A DNA stretch of 63,381 nt, counting the filler, from Octopus bimaculoides (lineage: Eukaryota): assembly GCF_001194135.2 (NCBI RefSeq). It is 8 parts of 7 records of this genome, joined end to end, with 100 filler letters (N's around TTAATTAATTAA, not from the genome) between each part and the next. Parts side by side here need not be neighbours in the genome. Positions count along the whole stretch, not along the records: positions 36,591 to 42,372 come from NC_069004.1; positions 42,473 to 53,016 come from NC_068991.1; positions 53,117 to 59,687 come from NC_068990.1; 5 more parts are not named here. One strand, 5' to 3'. The position numbers were made by a program, and so were the translations under genes. The notes under the pieces are model-generated. The model was not told the DNA's origin and ran no database searches. It saw nothing but the letters and a program-made list of their open reading frames with translations. Of this stretch, positions 41,248 through 54,369 are shown piece by piece. How positions within the stretch are numbered: position 1 is the stretch's first letter; each line of letters starts with the position of its first letter.

Positions 41248-41496
41248 GATCTATCTATCTATCTATCTATCTATCGTTATCTGCATTTCTGTATTTCATT
41301 AATTTTCCAGCTCTTCAATAGTACATAACACTCTGGCGTCCAGCCAGAGAACCTTATATCTGAAATGATTCTAAAGCAATCGATCATCATCTCTCTTTCA
41401 CCTTAAATATGTCGAAGCTAAATAAAATACCCATATACACGCATACATCTATACTGACATAGAAATATGAATATACATACATATATACATACATAA

Positions 41497-41548
<52 letters not shown>

Positions 41549-42340
41549 ACACACACAGCGGGAGAGAGACATTGAGATGGATAGACAGACAATACAGTTT
41601 GCAGCTTTTGTTTGTAGAATGTCTGTTGTTTTAGTTAATATTTAGAAGTTTTCTTCGCTACAGAGACTGCTGCAGTTTATTCCGTTAATGCATTCATTGC
41701 TGTTGGATAGAACGAGATTGAATATTTGTTGTGTTTTTTTTTTAGTTGTCGAGCTTACCTTGATAGAAGTGTTGTGTTTTTTTTTTTTTGCACCTCACGA
41801 TGAATGCGGTTGTTTTAGTAGTGTCCGTAAAATTATTGCAAATATAACTGCATTAATCGTCAGCAGAGAGGCATCCTATGTCTAAGCAACAACAACAACG
41901 ACAAGTGATATTTACCAATAATTAGGAGAGAAGCTAATCTCCTATACACCCAGCTCATATAAAGCTAAAATTCATGAATTATCACTCTTCGAGAGTAAAT
42001 GCAACGTTGAAAGGATTGAGCGCACTAGAAATACGTGCGAAGGAACCTTCTTGATATGATATAAAGCACAAATCTACCATTTGCCTCATAAATAAGAGGA
42101 ATGTGCCTGACACCTAACAGAGAGAGATACAAATAATCTATACGCATTTTATCACACAGCAACAAATGCATTAACGGCAAAATCCTGGAGATGGTGATAG
42201 GGCGGTTGCGTACCCTGTCAGTATATGCATATATATACATATATACGCACATATACACATAAATACAAACGCACACACACATATTCATATATATCAATAT
42301 ACATGTAAGTAGATATATGTATATATACACCCATATATAC

Positions 42341-42372
<32 letters not shown>

Positions 42373-42734
42373 NNNNNNNNNNNNNNNNNNNNNNNNNNNN
42401 NNNNNNNNNNNNNNNNTTAATTAATTAANNNNNNNNNNNNNNNNNNNNNNNNNNNNNNNNNNNNNNNNNNNNACCACTAATCCTCATTGTGATCAGAGGT
42501 GAGTATATCGTCAGCCAGTAAGGGACATGCTCAACTAGTTATGGTCAAACAACTGGCAAGAAAATCTGTGGTATTGAGCAGAATATTTGCTATAGCCCAT
42601 CTTTTACACCAAGACAAATCAGTTAAGATCAGACGCCATGAGAGTCGCTACCTCGCATTGTATCAGGGCATTTATTATTATTATTATAATTATTATTATT
42701 ATTATTGTTATTATTATTATTATTATTACTATTT

Positions 42735-43385
42735 TCTCTTTATCACAGGTTTTGTTGGAGCTCATGGAGTCTTGCATGCGTAGTGGGGTTACTACCTGCA
42801 GACTACGGTATGATGCTATTCGCTCTTTTCAGCTATCTACTACTTCCTTGATTATTCTGGCCGTGCCAAGGAGGCAAACTGTTTGTAACAGTTCAACTGG
42901 GCACTCTATTCCAGTTTCCTTTATATTCCTTTTGATGCCTTCTGATGCTTTTCCCAAGCACCTAATAATAATTGGCACTATCTTTACCTTCTTTCTTTTC
43001 TATAGCCGGGCTATTTCGTACTTAGCGGGGTTTTGTCTATCTTTTCGCCTTCCTTCTTGACTATTCGTGGGTCAAAGGGGCATGCAACATCAGCTATATA
43101 GCATATGCGGTGCATCTTCTCCACCACCACTAGGTCCGGTCTGTTATGCTCTAGCACCTGATCTGCTTGGAGTGGGAAATCCCACAGGATTTTGTTAGTC
43201 TCCGTCTCTGCCACTCGCTGCGGTTTGTTCTCATACCACGTCTTGCCTCACTCTAGCTCCCACTTTTGCTACCTGGTCGTGTCGCTACAACTTGCAGTGG
43301 TTTTGGGCAAGTCTATGTCATTCGTTCGTAATATGGGCAATGGTTTCATCCACTCTGTTGCAGATGTGCCTGTATTAAAAAAGAT
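42735..43385 (-). mobile_element. 5'-truncated RLE-type (R4/Dong-like) non-LTR retrotransposon 3' end
   Basis: KILWDFPLQADQVLEHNRPDLVVVEKMHRICYIADVACPFD (PD..D restriction-like endonuclease). (TAA)n arrays on both sides. Confidence 0.85.
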
Positions 43386-43393
43386 TACTATAA

Positions 43394-43451
<58 letters not shown>

Positions 43452-43472
43452 CATCATTATCATTATTATTAT

Positions 43473-43602
43473 TCCGCCGAGGTCAACTTTGCCCTTCATC
43501 CTTTCGGGATCGATAAATTAAGTACCAGTTGCGTACTAGGGTCGATCTAATCGACTGGCCACCTCCCCCAAAATTTCGGGCCTTGTGCCTAGAGTAGAAA
43601 AC

Positions 43603-43677
<75 letters not shown>

Positions 43678-43895
43678 AGGCGATGACCTGGCAGAATCGT
43701 TAGGACACCGGTTAAAATGCTTAGAGCATTTTGTCCATCTTTACATTCTGAGTTCAATTTCTACCAAGTTCGACTTTACTTTTCATCATTTTGCAGTCGA
43801 TAAAATAAAATACCAGTCAAATCAAACACGAGTTCGATGTTATCGACGTATTCTTCTCGCTAAAATTTCTGGCCTTGATCCAAAATTCGTAACAG
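43473..43895 (+). mobile_element. Two SINE family A copies (43473-43600 3' half, 43675-43895 full) separated by (ATC)n
   Basis: Direct matches to family A. Confidence 0.8.
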
Positions 43896-44228
43896 TTGTT
43901 AAAAAAAACAACAAAAAAAAACGCTTATGTCATTTTCGTCAGGCTTTGATATATATATACCTCTCTACGATCCTTACTGTATGTTAAAAATTCCAGCGTG
44001 TTTTCGCTTCGTCATTTTATAAGACTGGCTGAGGTCCGTGTTAGCGAGTACAACAGAGGTTTACAACGGGAAAATTGAAGTTGGATGTTGTGTAATTTCG
44101 TTTACTTACGATGTCAGCAAGTACATTTCATCGGAACTGGTGCTGGACGTCTTGTTACGATATCCTGTATTGTTTAAGAGGATAAAAACGAAAACGTGAA
44201 CAACACTGACAACCCTCATCATCTACAT

Positions 44229-44500
44229 CAGTGGTTCCCAAAGTGGGCAGTATTGACCCCCTGGGGGCAGTGGAAAGTTCCTAGGGGGTGTTGAAGAAAT
44301 GTGTGGCGATGATGGGGTAACGATTCATGTAAAAATTGGGGCGATAACGGGGTGACAATTCATGTAAAAACAACAAAATAATGGGTTCCTTAGGTTAAGT
44401 CTTATTTGTGAAATACAGTTGTTTTGTATTTGCTTTATAAAGAGGTTTATGTTTGTGATGGTTAGTCGGGGTGGGGGCGGTAGAAATGTGGCCTGGGTGT
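44229..44500 (+). mobile_element. Left end of a hAT/Charlie-like non-autonomous DNA transposon
   Basis: CAGTGGTTCCCAAAGTGGG is a typical Charlie TIR. It is preceded by ATCTACAT, which resembles the NTCTAGAN target. No matching right TIR was found. Confidence 0.5.
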
Positions 44501-45054
44501 CAAGGCTGATCTCGAATAAGGAGAAATAAGCAATTATAAATCTCTGAGCGAGATATAAACGGTAGCAGCACGACATCGTGAAGTATATTTGCCACCTAAA
44601 TGTGGCTTACCTCCCCCCCACATACATACATACATACATACATACATACATACATACATACATACATGCATACATACATACATACATAGTGTATGTTTAA
44701 TTTATGGAATGAAGTTCTACAAATCCAATCATCTTTGTCAAAAATGGAGGAGATAAGATGTTAAAAAGTTTTAAGAAGTTTATTCATGTATACAATTGTT
44801 TCGTATATAGATATAAATCCATATTTGAAATTGAAAAATTATCATTTTTATTTATGCTTTCCAAAATTTATACAATTCTATTTGATATAAGAAAGGAAAT
44901 TCTTGATGTATTTCTCAAACAATGAATGACTGCCTTTCATCCTTGTGGGATCGACAAAATAAGTACCAGTTAGTGTAATCGACTTATCGAAATTGGTGGC
45001 CTTGCGCTAAAATTTGAAACCAATAATAATAATAATAATAATAATAAAAATAAC

Positions 45055-45107
<53 letters not shown>

Positions 45108-45339
45108 CAACAATGATGATGATAATAATAATAATAATAATAATAATGATAATAATAATAATAATAAATAATAGACAATACGAAGAGCGCGATACGATTG
45201 CAATAGATATCTTATTGGTTGAACGATATTTTGACAGCAATCTTGTCTTTCTTGAGTTCAAAATGAAAAGCGATAAAAATTCAAAATTAGAAAAACTCAA
45301 ATCCAAAATACGAACGAGTGCAACTAGCGTCCACACGCT

Positions 45340-46450
45340 GGTGGAATAACATCATCAGTCTTCAAAGTTTAATTTTGCAACTAGCATGAAGAAAAGGAAA
45401 GGAAATGAGAGAAGAAAAAGAAAATGACAGAAGAAAGAAAAGGAAAAGAAGAATATTAAATCAAACAGTTTTGTGTAAATTTGATGAATTTCTCCTGTCA
45501 TGTTATTCATTCCTACGGGACGCGATGTTAATAACCCGCAAACATATTTCTTCTCATGCATTTTGAGTACTGAAAGTGTAGCAGACTCAGAATATTTTCT
45601 GAGAATATGCACTTTCAAGTTTTTTTCAAAATTGCAGCCGTTTGATGCAAACTGTTCGGCAAGTTCTGTCGAACTACTGTTATTGTACCTGACGCTATAT
45701 CTGTGCCCATTGAATCTTTTGTTTAATTGTTCTGTTGTACAAACAACGTAACTCAAGTTGTGTTTCGTGCATTCTGCCGCGTACACCAAATGGGAATCTC
45801 TACATGTCCCACCTTCTGCACAAATTATAACTTTTCTTTTATGATNNNNNNNNNNTCCAATGTTAGTTTTCTTGGAGTCAGAAGCAGGGGTTAATAGTTC
45901 TCTTATATTTTTATTCCGTCTAAAGGCTACAATAGGCAGCTGAGGAAAAATTTGTTTGAAACGAAGATATTTTCCCGCAATATGCTGGTAACTTTCATGT
46001 AACACTTTTGAAATACCAGCGAAATTTCGGTGCTAGTTAATCACTAAAGAAATTCTGTAACATATTGTACTATGTTTACTAAAACTATGCATGTAGCTTT
46101 GACTTTCTTTGCTAATCTTAGCCATGTCATTGGCTATTTCCTTTAATCGTGATTCACGGCAACCGCGTTTGACATAATGGTGTACAAAAGCATTTGCATG
46201 TTTCCAGTAATCCCCTATGTCAGTACAAATCCGTTTAATCCTAAAAAAATGGAATTTCGGATTTGACCGAAGTATATGATGTGGATGATCGGAGCGAAGG
46301 TGGAGGTAAATGCGGAATGACGTGGGCTTGCAAAATAATTCTGTCACTATTATGCCTCCAGAAAACTTCGGGTAGTTATTATGGGTATACTGGGCTTCAT
46401 ATTATTTTACCCCAGTGTCATTTCGATGGCATGCACTGCTCTCTTACTCA
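45340..46450 (-). mobile_element. Penelope-like element remnant (RT C-terminus plus GIY-YIG, second type)
   Basis: KPTSFRIYLHLRSDHPHHILRSNPKFHFFRIKRICTD (PLE RT thumb). HLVYAAECTKHNLSYV..T..L..RFNGHR and LLTSRPVGMN (GIY-YIG and C-terminal GLN-like motif). (TAA)n on both flanks. Confidence 0.8.
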
Positions 46451-46456
46451 ATAATG

Positions 46457-46521
<65 letters not shown>

Positions 46522-47392
46522 TTGTAGGAGGTGGGGTTTGCATAATATCGAGGGATGGTAAAAAATAACAATATTTGCGAACGTCTCCAAGAACAGTTTC
46601 AATGTTATAATAGCAGCAAAAATTTAAGAAAGTCAATAGCAACAACAACAACGTTGTGTAGGATTCATAAATGAAGGCATATAGGAGGCGATTGGTGGGG
46701 TCTTATTTTTCAAAGAAGAAGAAGCTAAGAAAATAGCCTGCCACCCATGCTCCTCCGATTAGTGCTTATTGGTGGTATTCTAAATAGGTTGATGCATTAC
46801 TAACCTGACACTGAGCACTCGGTGATCTGAAACAAACGTCAATTATTTCGTAATGGCCTTGGAGAAAATACGAGGAGAAGGTCAACGCTAAATCAGATTT
46901 GTGCCGATACTAGACGAAATTTAGAATAGAATAGGATATATTAACTTTGCAAACGCTTCTAAACGCTTCTATTAACTTTGCAAACACATGATTTATTTGA
47001 AGGCCGAAGAACCGATAAGAATTGTTGTAGAAGGCAGAAATTCTATGGGGTACACATACGGTAGCACCATTCCCCAAAGAGCTTCCTGACTTCAAGCAAG
47101 GAGGGGGCGGAATCCACTAATTGCCCAAACCAAAACACTCAGGAAAACCAACAGCAATATTAGCAAGCAAAACAGCAGCAAGAGCAGCAAGAATCAAAAC
47201 CACAACCAAGACACTGAAACACAAGATGCCTTCGAAACACATACCACCCAGGAGGGTCTTGTTCTCATTTAACAATGCTATCACCAGCACAAAGGATACA
47301 CGTACACAAATATGCTTTAACCAGGCACTACTGCATCTCGCAGTGTTTTTACGTTAAACGACAAAGAAATGTAAGCGGTGAAGGATGAAAAT

Positions 47393-47779
47393 GTTGTTGC
47401 TGGCACTCCATCGCTTACGACGTCGAGGGTTCCAGATGATCCGATCAACGGAACAGCCTACTCGTGAAATTAACGTGCAAGTGGCTGAACACTCCACAGA
47501 CACGTGTACCTTTAACGTAGTTCTAGGGGATATTCAGCGTGACACAGTGCGACAAGGCTGGCCCTTTGAATTACAGGCACAACAGAAACAGGAAGTAAGA
47601 GTGAGAGAAAGTTGTGGTGAAAGAGTACAGCAGGGTTCGTCACCATCCCCTGCCAGAGCCTCGTGGAGCTTTAGGTGTTTTCGCTCAATAAACACTCACA
47701 ACGCCCGGTCTGGGAATCGAAACCACGATCCTATGACCGCGAGTCCGCTGCCGTAATCACTGGGCCATTGCGCCTCCAC
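47393..47779 (-). mobile_element. SINE family B, full length with 13-bp TSD
   Basis: GAAGGATGAAAAT at 47380-47392 and 47780-47792. Confidence 0.92.
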
Positions 47780-47869
47780 GAAGGATGAAAATATAATCAG
47801 ACTATAACAAAATGTATGGCTACAACATAGGTAACTCAAATGGTAACAGAACGGAAGAATTCTCAGTTC

Positions 47870-48060
47870 TGTCTGCATAGAAATGGTAACGCTGCTAACA
47901 AAAGAGGGAAGACATTGATGATTTTGACCCATTACTCTGAGAAATAGATTTTAAGATTTAGCCAAGGTGCTAACGAAGAGATTGGCGCTTGCAGTTGGTA
48001 GTGTGGTGGGTGATACGCAGACATGCGCCATTCCGGACAGATCTATCCACGGCAACTTTT
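47870..48060 (+). mobile_element. L1/Tx1-like RT fragment (N-terminal RT subdomains)
   Basis: With frameshifts: PITL...DFKILAKVLTKRLALAVGSVVGDTQTCAIPDRSIHGN. Confidence 0.6.
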
Positions 48061-49079
48061 AGTTCATGCAATTTATCATAAAGAGGTGAGGGTAAGAAAC
48101 ATGGAACGAGTGTGACACTGGTCAACTTAGTTGAATCGAAAGCTTTCGATAGGGTCGACCACTAATACATGATAGCTGTCTTCATTGCAGCTGGTTTTGC
48201 TCCTGTCGTCAGTGGCTGGATCGCTGCAATGTAAGGCAAAATCGGTAGATCACTGAAGAAATTTCCTTGCTGCTTGAAATTACATCACATTAGGTGAAGG
48301 CATTAAATCTGGCAAGAGTGTAGCAGTAAAATACACATCAATTATCGGAACTCACTGGAAATGTGAGGAATCCCAGAAGCTAAATTTCTTTAAGTATGCG
48401 ATTGCTTGTTGATACTTGCGACCGACGACGGTTAGGGAAGCAAAGACCTACATTTAGCAACTCCATTGCTGCTGCTGGACAATTTTGTTTGTTACTGATA
48501 TGCTTCTGTGCTTTTTAGCACTATACGAGATGCTTTTTTGCGACGAATACCGCAGCTTTGCGGGTTTTCTTCAGCGCATCCACATTAAGTAAGATATACA
48601 AAATGCTGTTTTGCACTAATAGTGCTTCCTTTTCTATCAAAGAATTTTTCTATAGCCTGCTAGCTATTTCTTTATACCAGAGACTTGTTAATCACTGTTT
48701 CTCTGTATCAGTGAAAGCTAAATTAGTCTAAGCATGCATTTGCTAATGAATACTTGCTACCGATGATGCATAAAAGAGCAGAAATCTAGATTTAGGAACT
48801 CCACCGCCGCTGTTGAAAATATTTTATCTGCTACTGATATTCTTCTGTACTATCTAGTACTTACTATACATCTATACGGGATGCTATCTCGAGAAAAATT
48901 CCACAGTTTTGTGACTTTCTACAGTAAATCAACGTCAAATTAAATTATACAGAATGCTGTTTTGTGTTCTGTGTTTGAAACTGTTTAATGAATACAGGCG
49001 GAAATATTTCATTGGTCGTCAGCTTAAAGCTAACTTCAATGTAGAAGATTTTACAAACCGTAAGAGAGCAAAAACTTAT

Positions 49080-49512
49080 TCTTCTCTACTCTAGTCACAA
49101 GGCCTGAAATTCTGGGAGAGGGGGTAAGTCGATTAGATCGACCGCAGTACGCAACTGATACTTAATTTATCGGCCCCCGAAAGGATGAAAGGCAAAGTTG
49201 ACCTCGGCGGAATTTGAACACAGAACGTAAAGACAGATGAAATACCGCTATGCATTTCGCCCGGCGTGCTAACGTTTCTTATTTCTTTATTGCCCACAAG
49301 GGGCTAAACATAGAGGGGACAAACAAGGACAGACAGAGGGATTAAGTCGATTACATCGACCCCAGTGCGTAACTGGTACTTAATTTATCGAACCTCGAAA
49401 GGATGAAAGGCAAAGTCGACCTCGGCGAAATTTGATCTCAGAACGTAACGGAAGGCGAAATACCGCTAAGCATTTCGCTGGGTGTGCTAACGTCTCTGCC
49501 AGCTCGCCGTCT
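49080..49512 (-). mobile_element. Tandem SINE family A dimer: copy with variant tail (49280-49512) fused to a 5'-clipped copy (49080-49277)
   Basis: Two heads and cores in the same orientation with different 3' tails. Confidence 0.8.
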
Positions 49513-49811
49513 TAGAGCTAAAACTTATTGTAACAATACATTGATTGTGTATGTCAAGCGAAAGCAACAAGGGCGATGGAGATGGAGTAGGTTAACCTAC
49601 TGACCTATACTTAGAACCGGACAAAGATGTGAAGCATGTGCGTGTGCGTGTGCGTTTGTGTGTGAGTGTTTGCGTGTATTACGTTTGTATGTATGTGTGT
49701 GTATACAAGTGCATGTGTGTGTGTGCATGTGAGTGTGTGTGTGTGTGTTTGGGCGTGTTTAGGTTTGTGTGTGAGTGGTTGTGTGTGTATGTGTGAGCGT
49801 GCGTGTGTCTT

Positions 49812-49848
<37 letters not shown>

Positions 49849-50035
49849 TACCGCATGTCTTAAACAGATAATAAATAGAAAATCCACCACAAGCAGGACA
49901 TCGTCAGCGACGAGGGATAGCCTCCACTAAATGACTCACATACAAATACACGCTCATACAGAAAGACATACAGACATCTGTGTTTATGTGTGAGAAAGTG
50001 TGTGTAAAGGAGTGAGAAAGAGCGAGAGCGAGAGA

Positions 50036-50068
<33 letters not shown>

Positions 50069-50078
50069 NNNNNNNNNN

Positions 50079-50120
<42 letters not shown>

Positions 50121-50641
50121 CAAACAGAGATAGACAGAGAGAAAGAGAGAGAGAGAGAGAGAGGTAGATAGACAGCCTGAGATGGCACGAAAATTGAAAG
50201 ACCTCTTATAAACTGCCATAGCAGCTGGTGTTTTGCCATTGAGAGAGATAAGCTGAATAAAACTACAACACTTCACTTAAGGACTTTCCAAACTTATCAC
50301 AGCGATTTTATCGGGTCCGCGAAAGAGTCGTTTGTCCAGCAACAGTAGACTGGATGTGAAAGCACAACGCAAATGCATATATGCGTTACATATAGAGACA
50401 ACTATATGATATGCAAGGGACGGACTTCTAAATAATGTTATCATGTCCTTTTCTCCTGGAACTGGATTTCCTTCTGACTCTGTGCCCTCTCTCCGAAAAA
50501 TTCCTGGGACCGCACCTGGTATATATATGTATAGATGAGTGCGCGTGTTTAGGCTTGTGTGTGTATGTATATATGTGTGAATGTGTGTGTATGAATGTGC
50601 ATACACACACACATACATACGCAAACGGTTGTATATATAGG

Positions 50642-50939
50642 CGTGGAGGCGCGATGGCCCAGTGGTTAGGGCAACGGACACGCGGTTTCGATTCCCGGAC
50701 CGGCCGTTGTCAGTGTTTATTGAGCGAAAACACCCAAAGCTCCATGAGGCTCCGGCAGAGGGTGGTGGCAAACCCTGTTGTACTGTTTCACCACAACTTT
50801 CTCTCACTCTTTCTTCCTGTTTCTGTTGTGCCTGTAATTCAAAGGGTCAGCCTTGTCACACTGTGTCACGCTGAATATCCCCGAGAACTACGTTAAAGGT
50901 ACACGTGTCTATGGAATGCTCAGCCACTTGCACATTAAT
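50642..50939 (+). mobile_element. SINE family B, 3' end lost in a gap
   Basis: GCGTGGAGGCGCGATGGCCCAGTGGTTAGGG...GGTTTCGATTCCCGG head. Colinear with the reverse complement of 47393-47779. Confidence 0.85.
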
Positions 50940-51675
50940 NNNNNNNNNNNNNNNNNNNNNNNNNNNNNNNNNNNNNNNNNNNNNNNNNNNNNNNNNNNNN
51001 NNNNNNNNNNNNNNNNNNNNNNNNNNNNNNNNNNNNNNNNNNNNNNNNNNNNNNNNNNNNNNNNNNNNNNNNNNNNNNNNNNNNNNNNNNNNNNNNNNNN
51101 NNNNNNNNNNNNNNNNNNNNNNNNNNNNNNNNNNNNNNNNNNNNNNNNNNNNNNNNNNNNNNNNNNNNNNNNNNNNNNNNNNNNNNNNNNNNNNNNNNNN
51201 NNNNNNNNNNNNNNNNNNNNNNNNNNNNNNNNNNNNNNNNNNNNNNNNNNNNNNNNNNNNNNNNNNNNNNNNNNNNNNNNNNNNNNNNNNNNNNNNNNNN
51301 NNNNNNNNNNNNNNNNNNNNNNNNNNNNNNNNNNNNNNNNNNNNNNNNNNNNNNNNNNNNNNNNNNNNNNNNNNNNNNATACATACTTTCTTAATAAAGT
51401 TGCAAAGACATCACAAAAACTGTTACTCAGAGTTTCACGTTACCATTCATCGGAAAACTGTCAGATGAATATATTGGCAGCTTTATTAATAAAGCATATT
51501 ACTCTACCTCCGGTATTCGAGTACTAGTTTTTCCACCTTGTTTCATATTTATGTGCTTACTCAGGTAAGCACATATATATACAAAGAAATGGCTTGTTGC
51601 CAACTTCATGTGGCAGTTCCAGGAAAGGGAAGAATATACATGCTCATACATAGATACATACACACATATATGCAC

Positions 51676-51706
<31 letters not shown>

Positions 51707-51799
51707 GAGATGTCTCAGCCTCAGTGCATACTTTCACATCATCAGCCAAGGCATCTCTAACTACCCTTTAACGATTTCTGGCAGCAGATGGAGGGCCTC

Positions 51800-52680
51800 A
51801 AAAGTGGTAGTTTTCCATTCCACAAAAAGCGGAAAAGGATCCGTTCCCCCTAAGCCAGCCACATACCGGGGCAAGGCAAGACGGTTAGGCGGTAGGTTAT
51901 CATAGATGCTACAAACACCTGTGCAACCTCCCTAGCAAGGATAGCGTCCTCCCAGACCAGATCTGGGTTATGGCCGTCACCTTGCTTGCGACCACGTTCC
52001 AGATTTTCTCCATCTGGAGATCCGGTCCAAACCAGACCCGAGCAGTTTAACCGGGCCCTCCGTCCAACGTCCCACGACGCTGTTGAGAGGCATCGACTTG
52101 CCCCTTTAGGTGCCGAGTTGCAAGCCGACTAATCTTTCCTGGTTAACTTTTGCTCTTGCCACCGCTTCGTATCTTTTGATGGCGTCTTCTACACGAGGTA
52201 GCTGCCCTTCATCAGACACGATGATGGTGACATCATCTGCATATGCCGTCGCACCTGTACCATAACAAAGATCACGCTGGTCTCTCCACGCGGCCTCCAA
52301 ACTTCGCAGCAGTTGCTCAAAAACCAATACATACAGAACTGGAGACAGGGGACAGCCCTGGCGGACTGAACGCTCGATCGCTAACGGCTTTGAAAAGAAA
52401 CCGTTCACCCGGACGACTGAGTCGATGTCGTTATACATAGCATTGATCCAGCCATGGAAAGTCGGACCCAGCCCGACCGCCCGGAGGACCACCGCCAGAC
52501 ACCGATGGTCAATCCTATCGAATGCCTTAGACTGGTCTAAATTCACCAGCGCCCCCCATTGCCAGAAATTTCTCCCACCGGCTCTATAGTGTAGCGTATG
52601 AGGAGAAGGTTGTTGTGTATCATCCTACCTGGGATGGCGCATATCTGCGCCACTCCCACCATGTCACCCACGTCAAGCAT
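51800..52680 (-). mobile_element. L1/Tx1-clade LINE reverse transcriptase fragment
   Basis: NLDQSKAFDRIDH, SVRQGCPLSPVLY, AYADDVT, AKVN: canonical non-LTR RT motifs. Confidence 0.92.
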
Positions 52681-52981
52681 CAATGATTTTGGCTTACGAA
52701 GTTCATGTATTTATAACTATATAAAACTAGTTAGGAAGAGAGACATATTGTTGAAAACAATAGCTTTCGTTGGGGGTACCTGTTATCTCAATTCTAACTT
52801 TTCATGGCCTAGAAGAGGTTAAGAGGGTCAAGTGGAAAAGACATAAATCGGCTGGGTAAAGCCATGTGTTAAATGTAACTTGCTGTCAACCATTGTTTCT
52901 CTGTGAGAAAAGTGGTGTTGAAATATTATGTGAAAATTGCCGATTCAAGTTCGAATCTACTCTATGCCTAAATGAAGTCCA

Positions 52982-53016
<35 letters not shown>

Positions 53017-53116
53017 NNNNNNNNNNNNNNNNNNNNNNNNNNNNNNNNNNNNNNNNNNNNTTAATTAATTAANNNNNNNNNNNNNNNNNNNNNNNNNNNN
53101 NNNNNNNNNNNNNNNN

Positions 53117-53484
53117 TTTATTCTTTTATTGTTTCAGTCATTTGACTGCGACCATGCTGGAGTACCGCCTTTAGTCGAGCAAATCAACTCCAGGACTTAT
53201 TCTTTGTTAGCCTAGTACTTATTCTATCGGTCTGTTTTACCGAACAGCTAAGTTACGCGGAAGTAAACACACCAGCATTGGCTGTCAAGCGATATTGTGG
53301 GGGGGGGGCAAACACAGATACACAAACATAGATACATATATATACAACAGGCTTCTTTCAGTTTCCATCTACCAAATCCACTCACAAGGCTTTGGTCAGC
53401 CAGAGGCTATAGTAGAAGACACTTGCCCAAGGTGTAACGCAGTGGGACTGAACCCAGAACCATGTGCTTGGTAAGCAAGCTACT
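53117..53484 (-). mobile_element. SINE family C
   Basis: Reverse complement of 13310-13705. Confidence 0.85.
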
Positions 53485-53530
53485 TAGCACACACCCACTA
53501 ACGTAAATATATATGGATATGTATATATAC

Positions 53531-53577
<47 letters not shown>

Positions 53578-54369
53578 TACATATATATTTTATATATGTA
53601 TATATATACACACACACATCCTCGTGTATAGACACCATACATACGCACACTTCCATACATACATATATGCATATATTCACAAATATAATATGCACATTTA
53701 AGTTTTATAAATCTGTAAGTATACCGCACACTCATACTTCGATTTACGTGAGTTTTATATTTCAACGTATACTTGTGTGCGCGCGCATGTGTGTCTGTGT
53801 TTGTGTGTGTGTGTGTGCATGCCATTATGTGTGAGTGCGTGCAGGACGTAACAGTGCCTGAATGGTAAGATACGTGGTTGAGTTATTTGAAACAATAGAG
53901 TACGTGACAAAATTGTTAACGACATCTCACTTGGCACTTTCGACCAATTTCCACTCTGGTTGATGGGCAAAGTCTAGAAATACAAAATTCTATATCGCTC
54001 CCGATTTGTACTTCGTAAAGCTCGAGCTTCTAATTTACCAAATTGAAGAGTAATATATGTACAGGCATGGCGTTTTAAAAGTATGTATGTATGTATGTAT
54101 GTATGTATGTATGTATGTATGTATGTATGTATGTATGAATGAATTTGTTGTGTGTGAGGTATGTATGTTAAATTTTATTTCCTGTCTATTGTATTCAGCC
54201 TGGAAAACCGGTTGATTTCTAACAAAGGATAAATTTAGATGACACGAGCAATAGATTTCGTTGTTGCGCTTCAGAAAAATTTTGCACATTTCTATTGTTC
54301 TGCTTATAGATTGGTTTTACCAATCATTTCTTCACCTGATATGTACCTGCATGCGTGCATGAATATATA

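Noticed and set aside
17967-50939. tRNA-like A/B-box heads
   Set aside because: They are SINE heads without complete cloverleaves, so they were not called as tRNA genes.
51551-51576. Short perfect hairpin TATGTGCTTAC-TCAG-GTAAGCACATA
   Set aside because: An isolated 11-bp inverted repeat next to AT/AC microsatellite, expected by chance at this composition.
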